A stretch of DNA of 64,000 nt from assembly GCA_043720595.1 (NCBI GenBank), contig JAYSSK010000206.1, positions 7,016-71,015 of the forward strand. Reading direction: 5' to 3'. Each line of letters starts with the position of its first letter. Position 1 is the stretch's first letter. This DNA is from Acidimicrobiia bacterium. Lineage in GTDB: Bacteria; Actinomycetota; Acidimicrobiia; Acidimicrobiales; JANYDT01. The translations under genes were made by a program, and so were the position numbers. A model generated the notes under the pieces. That model was given only the letters and a program-made list of their open reading frames with translations, had not been told where the DNA came from and ran no database searches. Positions 48,345 through 58,033 of the stretch are shown here, piece by piece.

Positions 48345-48418
48345 TGGGGCTAGCTGGAATCGAACCAGCGACCTTCACATTATCAGTGTGACGCTCTAAC
48401 CAACTGAGCTATAGCCCC
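48345..48418 (-). tRNA. tRNA-Ile(GAT), CCA not encoded
   Basis: GGGGCTATAGCTCAGTTGGTTAGAGCGTCACACTGATAATGTGAAGGTCGCTGGTTCGATTCCAGCTAGCCCCA forms a cloverleaf. Confidence 0.97.
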
Positions 48419-48485
48419 TTACGGGGATGCGAGCGTACACCACGATGAAAGCGGTTCAGAAACGAAAAGGATTTTGAGGGAGTAC

Positions 48486-49319
48486 TCAGCGAGCCTCGCG
48501 GCCACTTGCGTCGAAGCCCGTTGCATCGCCACCACTCGGCCGCGCCTGTGCCCGGGTCTCGACCCTGATGTCCAGATCGTCGTCGAAGCTATCGTCGGCT
48601 AGTGCTGCCAACCAGTCAGCGTCGTCGAATTCATCTATCGACGAGCCGTCCGTATCAACTGGTGCTGTTGGAGTGGAGACGCTCGGCGTTGGGGCAACCA
48701 CTTCCGCTTTGTTGCGTGGCTTTCGTTTTTCGCGCGACTTGAGGGGGACAGTAGGAGCAACCGGAGTGGTAGAAGTGGCGGGAACAGCGCTGAAGGTGGC
48801 TCGCCGACGGATCTGACGGCGCACCGCGGAGGTTCGCCGTCGTCCGATGGGACGAATCTGATCGTCCTCAACAACGCTCATAATCACGCCACCGAGCAGG
48901 CCCGAAAGCAAGTTGTAGAGGGCGGCCAGCAGAACCGTCACGACGGTGTTGTGGAGCACCAGCCCGACCACGATGGTCGACGCGCCGCGAAACAGACTTG
49001 CGCCTGAGATGCGCACGCTCTCAGCGAAGCCGATATCCACCAAGAAGTTGATGACCCGGTCAGTGAACCCGGCGTTCTCCCCGATCTGCCAGAACAGCGT
49101 GAGCACACCAAGAGAAATGGCACCACAGATGGCGTGGAATGCCACCGCAAGCTTGAAGACGGGCCATAACTCAAACTTGCGGATCCGTTGCCGGACACGA
49201 ACCCCTGTGCGACGACGGAACACAGTACCGAGGTTACCGGGGTCCCGGCCCTTGGTGAGGGCGCGACGGACATGGCTATGGGAATCTGCCTGCGAACGGC
49301 TCGACAGGGATGGAGTCAT
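48486..49319 (-). CDS. DUF3566 domain membrane protein (start uncertain)
   Basis: RIRKFELWPVFKLA...LAALYNLLSGLLGGV. Canonical actinobacterial position between gyrA and tRNA-Ile. Confidence 0.8.
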   Translation of the reverse strand: MTPSLSSRSQADSHSHVRRALTKGRDPGNLGTVFRRRTGVRVRQRIRKFELWPVFKLAVAFHAICGAISLGVLTLFWQIGENAGFTDRVINFLVDIGFAESVRISGASLFRGASTIVVGLVLHNTVVTVLLAALYNLLSGLLGGVIMSVVEDDQIRPIGRRRTSAVRRQIRRRATFSAVPATSTTPVAPTVPLKSREKRKPRNKAEVVAPTPSVSTPTAPVDTDGSSIDEFDDADWLAALADDSFDDDLDIRVETRAQARPSGGDATGFDASGREAR

Positions 49320-49749
49320 TCGGTTTCGACGGATCAGCGGGGTCGGAGATAGTGGTCGTGGTTGACGGCATCGAGGGAGGGGGCGGGGGTGGCGGAGGTG
49401 GCGGGTCCCACCTCGCAGTAGCGGACGCTGCGACATCGTCGAGCACTACTTGAACTGATACGACCCGGGAGCGCCCTTCGAACTGTTCGACGAACGCGCC
49501 CACGGTGGCACCGTTCAGCGATGCCAGCCGTTCAGCCTCTGCTCTGTCGAATCTGGCACCTGCCAGCGCTGCGGCGTCAGCCGCTTGTTGGGCACGGGAC
49601 CGGTTCACAGCTGCCGACGCGAGCCTGGCCAGCCCGACTGCGGACGTTCCCGCAACCAGAACGACCACGACGAGAAGGGGAAGTACGGACCCGCATTCGC
49701 CATCGGATCGGAGCAAAGAGAAGCGCGTCCAGCGGCGCGCAGAACGCAT
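49276..49749 (-). CDS. Tad/TadG-like (Rv3654c-like) pseudopilin protein
   Basis: GECGSVLPLLVVVVL prepilin-like N-terminus and RAQQAADAAALAGA motif. Confidence 0.75.
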   Translation of the reverse strand: MRSARRWTRFSLLRSDGECGSVLPLLVVVVLVAGTSAVGLARLASAAVNRSRAQQAADAAALAGARFDRAEAERLASLNGATVGAFVEQFEGRSRVVSVQVVLDDVAASATARWDPPPPPPPPPPSMPSTTTTISDPADPSKPNDSIPVEPFAGRFP

Positions 49750-49941
49750 CCGTCGAGTGTGTCTTTGCCACCACAGCCGAAACGGGCGGATCTTGGTATT
49801 GGACGCATTCATCAGGCCCTCTCAAGTAGCGAGGTTGGCTTCGAGGAGCGGACCTGGAGGGGTCAAAATTGGGGGATCCAAGCTCCCCGGCATGTGAGGC
49901 TGATCGGTCTGACCATATCGGTTAGCCCCAACCTTTCGGGC

Positions 49942-52428
49942 CTACTCGTCGGCCGCGTAGACCTTGGCGACAGAAGCGACGGACTGCCCTGAGTCGAGCG
50001 ACATCACCCGGACGCCAGTTGCTTCGCGACCCTGGGACGAAATCTCCCGGACCGCTTGGCGGTTGGTGACCCCCGCATCGGAGATGAGAATAATCTCGTC
50101 TTCGAGTTCGACGGTGAACGCTCCCATGACCTGGCCCTTTTTCGCCGGCAGCTTGATCGCGATGACGCCCTGCCCGCCACGACCCTGCGGTGAGAACCGC
50201 TCGACCTTGACTCGCTTGCCGTAACCCGCGTTCGTGACCATCAACAGATCGGTGGCATCGGAAACCGCGTCGACGGAAACAACCTGATCGCCTGGCTTCA
50301 TCTTCATTCCGCGCACACCTGCTGCAGCCCGGCCCATCGGCCGCACGTCTTCGGTCTGGTCGAAGCGGATAGCCATACCGAGGCGAGACACCATCAAGAT
50401 GTGGTCGCCATCGTTACATTGCACGACTTTGACGAGTTCGTCGTCGTCTCGCAAGTTGACCGCAATGATGCCAGCGCGCAGCGACGAGTCGTAATCGGTG
50501 AAGAGCGTCTTTTTAACCTGGCCCAATTTGGTGGCGAAGAACAAGAATCGGTTGGTTTCGTAGTCCCGGGTGTCGATGATGGTCTGGATCTTCTCGTCCG
50601 GACCCAACGGCAACAGGTTGACAATGGCCGTGCCACGAGCAGAGCGGTCTTTCACCGGGATCTCGTGAGCCTTGAGGCGGTACACACGGCCTCGGTTGGA
50701 AAAGAACAGCAGATAGGCGTGGGCCGAGGTGGTGATGATGGAGGTGACGTAGTCGTCGTCTTTCACCTTGGCGCCCTGGATACCGCGACCGCCTCGGCCC
50801 TGCGTGCGGAACGTATCGGCAGGCATCGCCTTGATGTATCCGATCTTCGAGAACGTGATGACCAGCTCCATGTCCTCGATGAGGTCTTCGAGGCTCATGT
50901 CGCCCGGATCGAACGTGATGACCGACTTGCGAGGTGTGGCGAAGTTTTCCCGAACTGCAGCGATCTCTTCCTTGATGACCGTGTTCAGGATGGTGCGGTC
51001 AGTGAGGATGGAGCTGAGGGTGACGATGTTGTCCTTCTCGGTTTGGAGACCCTTCTCAAGGTCAATCCGAGCCAACCTGGTGAGCTGCCCAAGGTTCATG
51101 GCCAGAATGTCTTCGGCCTGCAACTCGCTGAACTCGAACGGTGCGGCCATCAGACCACCCCGGGCTGCGGCGCGGTCTTCCGATGCACGGATCAACGCGA
51201 TGACCTGGTCGATGACGTTAAGGGCCTTGATTCGACCTTCAAGGATGTGCGCACGACGTTCAGCCGCATCGAGGCGGGACTGGGACCGGCGGGTGATGAC
51301 ATCGACCTGATGCTCGATGTAGTACTCGAGCATCTGCTTCAGATTCAGCGTGCGGGGCACGCCGTCGACAAGCGCAACCATGTTCGCCGAGAACGTGGAC
51401 TGCAAAGCGGTGTACTTGAACAGGTTGTTCATCACGACGAGCGGGTTTGCGTCGCGCTTGAGTTCAATGATCAGTGTGGTGTCGTTACCAGCTGATGCGT
51501 CGTTGGCGTCGGAGATGCCGACCAGATCACCGGAGTTGACCAGTTCGCCAATGCGCTCGATGATGCCTTGTGGGGATGCTTGATACGGAAGCTCCGTAAC
51601 GACGATCTGCGACTTCCCGTTCTTCATCTCCTCAATTTCGGCAACCGCACGCATGCGGATGGAGCCTTTGCCAGTGCGGCAGTAGTCGTGGATGCCGGAC
51701 TTGCCGAGGATGAGCGCCCCCGTTGGGAAGTCGGGGCCTTTCACGAAGGCCATGAGCTCTTCGATGGTGGATTCGGGGCGATCGAGCAGATATACGACTG
51801 CGTCGATGACTTCACCCATGTTGTGCGGTGGGATGTTGGTCGCCATTCCGACCGCAATGCCCTGGCTGCCGTTGACCAGCAAGTTCGGGAAGCGCGATGG
51901 CAGAACGGTAGGTTCCTCGTGCTCACCCGAGAAGTTCGGGATGAGATCGACCGTGTCTTCTTCGATGTCGGCCAGCAACTGCATGGCCAACGGGGCCAGG
52001 CGACACTCCGTGTACCGATAGGCCGCAGCTGTTGCGTCGGGGGAACCGAAGTTGCCGTGCCCGTCGATGAGCGGATGTCGCAGCGAAAAGTCCTGCGCCA
52101 TACGGACCAGCGCGTCATAGGCAGCGGAGTCGCCGTGCGGGTGGTACTTACCTATGACGTCGCCGACCACGGTGGCTGACTTGCGGTGCGCCCGGTCGGG
52201 CCGCATGCCCTGCTGCTGCATTGACCACAAAATGCGACGGTGGACGGGCTTGAGACCGTCTCGGACGTCGGGCAGTGCCCGGCTCACGATGACCGACATC
52301 GCGTAGTCGAGAAAAGACCGTTCCATCTCGGTCTGAATCTCGATGGGCTGGACGTTGCCGAACTCGAACGGTGGCTGAGTTCCGCCGTCCCTGAAAGGTG
52401 GGCCCGATGGTGGGGTGGTGTCGCTCAT
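49942..52428 (-). CDS. gyrA: DNA gyrase subunit A
   Basis: [25 protein letters not shown] catalytic Tyr and GyrA-box QGRGGRG. Confidence 0.98.
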   Translation of the reverse strand: MSDTTPPSGPPFRDGGTQPPFEFGNVQPIEIQTEMERSFLDYAMSVIVSRALPDVRDGLKPVHRRILWSMQQQGMRPDRAHRKSATVVGDVIGKYHPHGDSAAYDALVRMAQDFSLRHPLIDGHGNFGSPDATAAAYRYTECRLAPLAMQLLADIEEDTVDLIPNFSGEHEEPTVLPSRFPNLLVNGSQGIAVGMATNIPPHNMGEVIDAVVYLLDRPESTIEELMAFVKGPDFPTGALILGKSGIHDYCRTGKGSIRMRAVAEIEEMKNGKSQIVVTELPYQASPQGIIERIGELVNSGDLVGISDANDASAGNDTTLIIELKRDANPLVVMNNLFKYTALQSTFSANMVALVDGVPRTLNLKQMLEYYIEHQVDVITRRSQSRLDAAERRAHILEGRIKALNVIDQVIALIRASEDRAAARGGLMAAPFEFSELQAEDILAMNLGQLTRLARIDLEKGLQTEKDNIVTLSSILTDRTILNTVIKEEIAAVRENFATPRKSVITFDPGDMSLEDLIEDMELVITFSKIGYIKAMPADTFRTQGRGGRGIQGAKVKDDDYVTSIITTSAHAYLLFFSNRGRVYRLKAHEIPVKDRSARGTAIVNLLPLGPDEKIQTIIDTRDYETNRFLFFATKLGQVKKTLFTDYDSSLRAGIIAVNLRDDDELVKVVQCNDGDHILMVSRLGMAIRFDQTEDVRPMGRAAAGVRGMKMKPGDQVVSVDAVSDATDLLMVTNAGYGKRVKVERFSPQGRGGQGVIAIKLPAKKGQVMGAFTVELEDEIILISDAGVTNRQAVREISSQGREATGVRVMSLDSGQSVASVAKVYAADE

Positions 52429-52496
52429 GTCAGGTCTCGGTTGTGGTGGTGGTGTCGGGTGCGGTCGAATGCGACCGGGCTGGTTTCATGTGTGTG

Positions 52497-52548
52497 CCGG
52501 TTGTCAGTGCACCGGTTGTCAGTGCACCGGTTGTCAGTGCGCTGACAA
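52497..52548. repeat. 15-bp tandem repeat x3 (CCGGTTGTCAGTGCA) ending in an inverted CTGACAA
   Basis: Read directly in the gyrB-gyrA intergenic region. Confidence 0.9.
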
Positions 52549-52596
52549 TCACTTGGGGAAAAGGCTGTGGAATCTGTGGGTGACCGTGCACAGGGC

Positions 52597-54660
52597 TCAG
52601 ATATCGAGGAAGCGAACGTCGTTCGCGTTTTGGATAATGAACTGCTTGCGGCTTTCGACGTCGTCGCCCATCAGCGTGCTGAGAATCTCGTCGGCGATGG
52701 CCGCTTGCTCGACGGTGACCTTCAGCAATGTTCGCTTGCTGGGGTCAAGGGTGGTGTCCTTGAGCTCTTCCCAGTCCATCTCGCCAAGGCCCTTCAACCG
52801 GTTGAACTCGTACTTCTTGTTGGGGTGTTCGGCGATGAAAACGTTTTTAGCGGCCTCGTCTTTCAGATATTGCTTCTCCTTGCCGACCACGACGGAAAAC
52901 AGCGGCGGCTGCGCGATGTAGCAGTACCCAGCTTCGACCAACGGCCGCATCTGCCGAAAGAAGAACGTGAGGAGCAACGTTCGGATGTGGGCGCCATCGA
53001 CGTCGGCATCACACAGCGCAACGACCTTGTGGTACCTGGCCTTCTCTGGATCGAACTCGTCGCCCATTCCCCCGCCAATGGCGCTGATCAGCGCTTGAAT
53101 TTCGAGGTTCTTCAGCATCTTGTCGATGCGAGCCCGCTCGACGTTCAAAATCTTCCCGCGAATGGGGAGGATGGCTTGAACTCGGGGATCTCGTGCCTTC
53201 TGAGCCGAACCTAAGGCTGAGTCGCCTTCCACGATGAAGAGTTCGCATTCGCTGGGCAACTTGGAGGTGCAGTCACGCAGCTTGCCCGGGAGCCCGCCGC
53301 CACCAAGGCCGGTCTTGCGGCGAACGAGGTCACGGGCGGACTTAGCTGCATTGCGGGCCTGCTGCGCGGCAATCGCCTTTTTGACGATGCGGTTGGCTTC
53401 GGTCGGGTTTTCCTCAAGCCATTCAGCCAACTTTTCGTGGGTTGCCTTCTGCACCAGGGTGCGCATGGCAGTAGTGCCGAGCTTGCTCTTGGTCTGGCCC
53501 TCGAACTGAGGGTCGCGTAGCTTCACCGAGATGATGGCCGTGATGCCCTCGCGGATGTCTTCGCCGGCAAGGTTGTCGTCTTTCTCTTTCAGCATCGGTT
53601 GTTTTCCGTCGCGCGCATACTTGTTGACGACGTTGGTGAGCGCCGCCCGGAAACCCTCGACGTGGGTGCCACCTTCGATCGTGGCAATGCCATTGGCGAA
53701 CGAATGGACGCCCTCGTAGTAGCCGCTGTTCCACTGGATGGCGACCTCTGCTTCGCCGATCCCATCGTCGGCAACAGCTGAATAGGACACAACCTTTGCA
53801 AACAACGGCTCTTTGGTTCCGTTGAGGTGCTTCACGAAGTCTTTGAGACCATCGTTGAACTTGAACGTGACGGTATCTGGCTTTCCGTCGCCGTCTTTGT
53901 CTTTGTGCGGACGCTCGTCGGTGAGGACGATCTCAAGCCCGGCGTTCAGGAAGGCCATCATCCGAAATCGCTCGAGCAAGGTCTCGAAGCGGAACTCGGT
54001 CTCTTCGAAGATGGTTGCGTCTGGCCAGAACGTGATGGCTGTGCCAGTTCGGTTGCGCGGTGCGTTGCCGATCACTTCGAGCTTGTGCTTGAGTTTGCCG
54101 CCACTGTGAAACTCGCACTCGTGGCGCTTGCCCTCGCGGTCGATCGTGGCAACCAGCCGGCTGGACAGCGCGTTGACGACGGACACGCCCACCCCGTGCA
54201 AACCACCGGAAACCTTGTACCCGTCGCCACCGAACTTGCCGCCCGCGTTGAGGACCGACAGCACAATTTCCGCTGCTGACCGGCCTTTCATTTTCGGGTC
54301 AGGGTGGGAGTCGACTGGAATACCGCGGCCGTTGTCCGAAACACGACACCCACCGTCGGCGGTGAGCACGACGTCGATGCGGTTTGCGTACCCTGCCATG
54401 GCCTCGTCGACTGCATTGTCGACCACCTCCCATACGAGGTGATGCAAGCCCGTGATGCCGGTTGACCCGATGTACATACCGGGACGCTTCCGGACGTGCT
54501 CAAGGCCCTCGAGAATCGTGATGTCTTTCGCGCCGTAGTCCGACGCGCCCTTGCCCGACCGGGCGGCGTTGGCCACGGCCGCCTTTTCGATGGCGGCGGG
54601 ACTCATAAGTGACTGCGGGGCATCAGTCGTTATCGGGAGTGGAACGTCGTTCGTAGTCAT
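52597..54660 (-). CDS. gyrB: DNA gyrase subunit B
   Basis: EGLEHVRKRPGMYIG, EVVDNAVDE, GGLHGVG, VEGDSA, PIRGK and DADVDG. Start ATG 54660 (or 54606). Confidence 0.98.
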   Translation of the reverse strand: MTTNDVPLPITTDAPQSLMSPAAIEKAAVANAARSGKGASDYGAKDITILEGLEHVRKRPGMYIGSTGITGLHHLVWEVVDNAVDEAMAGYANRIDVVLTADGGCRVSDNGRGIPVDSHPDPKMKGRSAAEIVLSVLNAGGKFGGDGYKVSGGLHGVGVSVVNALSSRLVATIDREGKRHECEFHSGGKLKHKLEVIGNAPRNRTGTAITFWPDATIFEETEFRFETLLERFRMMAFLNAGLEIVLTDERPHKDKDGDGKPDTVTFKFNDGLKDFVKHLNGTKEPLFAKVVSYSAVADDGIGEAEVAIQWNSGYYEGVHSFANGIATIEGGTHVEGFRAALTNVVNKYARDGKQPMLKEKDDNLAGEDIREGITAIISVKLRDPQFEGQTKSKLGTTAMRTLVQKATHEKLAEWLEENPTEANRIVKKAIAAQQARNAAKSARDLVRRKTGLGGGGLPGKLRDCTSKLPSECELFIVEGDSALGSAQKARDPRVQAILPIRGKILNVERARIDKMLKNLEIQALISAIGGGMGDEFDPEKARYHKVVALCDADVDGAHIRTLLLTFFFRQMRPLVEAGYCYIAQPPLFSVVVGKEKQYLKDEAAKNVFIAEHPNKKYEFNRLKGLGEMDWEELKDTTLDPSKRTLLKVTVEQAAIADEILSTLMGDDVESRKQFIIQNANDVRFLDI

Positions 54661-54994
54661 CTCATCAACCTTTCGATGCGACCGAGAAGCGGCACCTCTG
54701 CCATCCTGAGCAGCGTCTCGCCACACAACGGTGACAGGGACGGGTGAAGGACAGTGCAGAGACGCTGAAACAGGTGCGGCCGGAGTTCGGCGAGCCCTGC
54801 TCCGGTCACGCCGCACCTACGGCACTGCACGGAGCACAGCAACAGGTCTGGGGGCCGTTTCAAGGTGCAAACAGCCTACCAGCACGGGTATGACAGTCCG
54901 GTTCAATCACGGTCAGATCGGTGTTCCCCAGCACCAGCGAAAATCCCCTATTTCCGGGCAATTACGGGATGATCAGAGTGCCTCCCTGCACCGC

Positions 54995-55438
54995 TCAGGA
55001 CCGAGTGCGTCTGCGGGACTCACTGGGTGCTGAAGCCTTGGCCCAACGCGCTGTACGCGAGCCTCCCTCAGCGCCCGACGATCCAGTTGTCGACCCTGTT
55101 GTTGAACCTGCTGGCCGCTGTACGACGACGGTCACGGACGTAATGACCGTTGACCCCCTGCTCTGGTTGATGCGTTCCGCAATGTCACCACTCAGAAATC
55201 GAAGTTCCGTCGCCCATGCTGGTTCGTCGACCGACACCGTGAGCTCCCCGTCTTTCAAGCGTTCCGGGCGGCTGTGGGCGGCAAGTACAGGACCGACAAC
55301 CGCCTCCCAGTCACCGAATACCGACACCAAAAGTTCAGGGGATCCGAGACCCAGTTGTCGGGCGACTGTTCCGAGCGAATCACCCACGGGACGCATATCC
55401 CCAGGGTCATCCACAGGAGTCCATCGTTTCCACGTCAT
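54995..55438 (-). CDS. DUF721/DciA family protein
   Basis: WEAVVG..LAAHSRP..LKDGELTV...AWATELR. Located between recF and gyrB. Confidence 0.88.
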   Translation of the reverse strand: MTWKRWTPVDDPGDMRPVGDSLGTVARQLGLGSPELLVSVFGDWEAVVGPVLAAHSRPERLKDGELTVSVDEPAWATELRFLSGDIAERINQSRGSTVITSVTVVVQRPAGSTTGSTTGSSGAEGGSRTARWAKASAPSESRRRTRS

Positions 55439-56670
55439 ATCATGCTCTCCAGCGCGAAACCGTCCACAGATTCCACAGGTTTACCCACAGACTCCGTGTC
55501 CGCACGGGCTTTCACAGCGGAGACGGTCCCGGCGCGCTCCACTTCGACGACCGCATCCACCTGGACCCCCGGCGGGGCTCCGATAGCCGTCGCCAGGACC
55601 GCTTGGCCAACGGGAAGATGGCGCACCAACGCTGCACTTCGGAAGGCGTCCAGTTCGCTGAACACGTCGTCAAGGAGCAACAGCGGAGCCGTGCCCAGCA
55701 CCTCGGTGAGATGTCGGTGCACAGCGAGGCGCATCGACAGGGCAAGGGTTCGTTGTTCCCCCTGCGACGCATGGGTGCGTGAGGGCCTGACCAAGCCATC
55801 GGCCTCGAGCGAAAGCAGCACGTCGTCGCGATGCGGGCCAGTCATTGACAAGCCACGTCTCACGTCGTCGGCTCGGGACTGGGCGAGCGCATCAGCCAAG
55901 ACGGATTCCGCGAGGGCCTCACCCGCAGCTGGCTCCCGGATCCCTTCAGCGAGCCACGACGACCCGTACGTGACGCGAACCTTCAGAGATGAGTGGGCTG
56001 GCGATTCGGCAATATCGCCATATGCCTTGACCAACGCCGGCCGAAGCGCGTCAAGTAACAACAGGCGAGCATTCACCAGGGACGTGCCCGTTTCGGCCAA
56101 CTTTGCGTCCCATACGTCCAACGTGAGCTGAGCAGCCTCGTCAAGACGGCCGCGTCCCACGGTTGCAACTTGCTTCAGCAACGCATTTCGTTGCTTCAGT
56201 ACCCGTTCGACGTCATCGAGCAAGGACGCGTACCGGGGATGCTGGGCGGAAAGCGCCGCATCGAGCCAGTCCCGGCGTTCACCAGGGCCACCCTTGACCA
56301 GGGTCAGATCTTCCGGGGAGAACACGCTGATCCGTACGACCTCTGCGAGTTCTCTCGTCCGCTTCAGCAGTTGTTTGTTCACCAGGGTTCGTGCACGCCC
56401 TGCTGGAACAATCTCTGTCTCGATGAGGACGGCCCGTGAATCGTTCAGGAGTTCTCCGCGCACGACCGCCCGGTCAGAACCGACCCGGGCAAGTGCATCG
56501 TTCGGAGCGCCACGGAACGACCGAAGCGTTGCGAGATACCCAATGGCTTCGAGCAGGTTGGTCTTCCCGGTGCCATTTCGACCAGAAACGACAGTGACGC
56601 CGGAGCTGAGTTGCACCTCGGCTTCGGCATAGCTGCGGAAGTCTCGGACGGAGAGCCGCTGGAGAGTCAC
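55435..56670 (-). CDS. recF: DNA replication/repair protein RecF
   Basis: GRNGTGKTNLLEA, GPHRDD, SQGEQR and LLLDDVFSELD. Confidence 0.97.
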   Translation of the reverse strand: MTLQRLSVRDFRSYAEAEVQLSSGVTVVSGRNGTGKTNLLEAIGYLATLRSFRGAPNDALARVGSDRAVVRGELLNDSRAVLIETEIVPAGRARTLVNKQLLKRTRELAEVVRISVFSPEDLTLVKGGPGERRDWLDAALSAQHPRYASLLDDVERVLKQRNALLKQVATVGRGRLDEAAQLTLDVWDAKLAETGTSLVNARLLLLDALRPALVKAYGDIAESPAHSSLKVRVTYGSSWLAEGIREPAAGEALAESVLADALAQSRADDVRRGLSMTGPHRDDVLLSLEADGLVRPSRTHASQGEQRTLALSMRLAVHRHLTEVLGTAPLLLLDDVFSELDAFRSAALVRHLPVGQAVLATAIGAPPGVQVDAVVEVERAGTVSAVKARADTESVGKPVESVDGFALESMI

Positions 56671-56704
56671 GAGCGAACGATACGCCCGCGCCGGGCGATT
56701 GTGA

Positions 56705-57796
56705 TCAGGACACCCGCACCGGCATAAGCAAGTACAGGTAATCCGGTCGATCAGGCGAACGCAGGAGTGCCGGTTTCAGCGGATCTGTTGTCTGCAGCGT
56801 GACCGTGTCACCGGTTGCCAGGTCGAGGCCGGCCATCAAGAACTCGGGGTTGAACGCGACCTGGACATCGGACCCCTGGAAGGTGGCTTCAATGTCTTCC
56901 GAGGCCTGGCCGACATCCTGGGTGATGGCGATGAGTTCCAGTGACTCTGCAGACATCTTCAGGCGGACGGGGGTGGCATCTTTGGCCAACAACTTCACGC
57001 GACGCAGCGCTTCGAGGAACCCAAGTCGGTTGACCGTCAACGTGTTGGGGAGCGACGCCGGAATGAGGTTCCGATACGGCGGATACTGACCCTCGATGAG
57101 GCGGGTGGTGAGTCGTACCGAACCAACTTCGAACGCTGCTTCGCGTTGCCCGAGATGCAGGTTTGCTTCGCCCTGTGAGCTGAGCAGGCGGGCCAGTTCA
57201 CCCAATGCCCGGCTGGGCACGAGGACGGTCTGTCCCTCGGCGAGAACTGTCTGACCAGGAAGATCTCGGACCGCCAGGCGATAGGAGTCAGTGGCAACCA
57301 GTCGCAACCCGCCCGCCTCGGCAGCCATGAGCACTCCGGTGAGGATTGGCCGGGCATCGTCGTGGCTGGCAGCAGGAATGACTTGCTTCAGCGCATCGGC
57401 GAGGGCGCCGACTGCGATGGTGACGCCCCCAGCGGCAGGGTCTGGTAACCGAGGAAAGTCTTCGGCCATGAGGGTCCGCACAGCAAAAGCAGAGCGGCCA
57501 GCCGAAATGTGCGCCTGTTCGCCCTCGACGGACACCTGCACGGCGCCGGGCTGAACGGCTTTCAGGATGTCGCTCACCAATCGGGCTGGCAAAACGGCGG
57601 TGCCGTCTTCGCCTGCTGGAACCTCGATCGTCACGTCGATCGTGAGATCAAGGTCGGAACCGGTCAGGCGAAGCTGGGTTCCCGAAAGGCAGACCCGAAC
57701 GCCGGATAGCACGGGCAGGGCACTCCGGCTGGCTACTGCTCGCGCAGCGGTCCCAAACGCCTCGACGAGGACGTCACGCTCACAGCGGAACTTCAT
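56705..57796 (-). CDS. dnaN: DNA polymerase III beta clamp
   Basis: LPVLSGV, RPILTGV, ATDSYRLA and YLLMPVR. Confidence 0.97.
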   Translation of the reverse strand: MKFRCERDVLVEAFGTAARAVASRSALPVLSGVRVCLSGTQLRLTGSDLDLTIDVTIEVPAGEDGTAVLPARLVSDILKAVQPGAVQVSVEGEQAHISAGRSAFAVRTLMAEDFPRLPDPAAGGVTIAVGALADALKQVIPAASHDDARPILTGVLMAAEAGGLRLVATDSYRLAVRDLPGQTVLAEGQTVLVPSRALGELARLLSSQGEANLHLGQREAAFEVGSVRLTTRLIEGQYPPYRNLIPASLPNTLTVNRLGFLEALRRVKLLAKDATPVRLKMSAESLELIAITQDVGQASEDIEATFQGSDVQVAFNPEFLMAGLDLATGDTVTLQTTDPLKPALLRSPDRPDYLYLLMPVRVS

Positions 57797-58033
57797 GGGT
57801 TGTACCTGTCCTATTCATATAAAGAAAAGAGTTAAAAAGGTGATGACTGTTGTAGGTGCTGTGGATTGTGGGCAACGTAGTGTTTCCGCTGTTCAGAGCG
57901 TGTTTCGTTGTCCACTCATGATCCCCAGGCTGCGCGGTTGAGCCGATCGTCGGGATTTGGGCTGTGGACAAAGAATTTGTTTCCCACAGATTGTGGGTGT
58001 TTTCCACCGACGTATCCACAGTGCATATCATGA
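57797..58033. other. Replication origin oriC (dnaA-dnaN intergenic)
   Basis: Perfect box TTGTCCACA (rc, 57963-57971) plus GTATCCACA 58012, TTGTCCACT 57908, TTTCCCACA 57980, overlapping TGTGGATTG/TGTGGGCAA 57860-57875. AT-rich tract at 57811-57838. Confidence 0.92.

Noticed and set aside
52100..52160. GyrA quinolone-resistance region
   Set aside because: HGDSAAYD keeps Ser and Asp at the positions equivalent to E. coli 83 and 87, so nothing unusual.
26900..52548. Short direct repeats (26900, 28569, 52497) as possible CRISPR arrays
   Set aside because: Units are 11-15 bp, head-to-tail with no spacers, and no cas genes are present.
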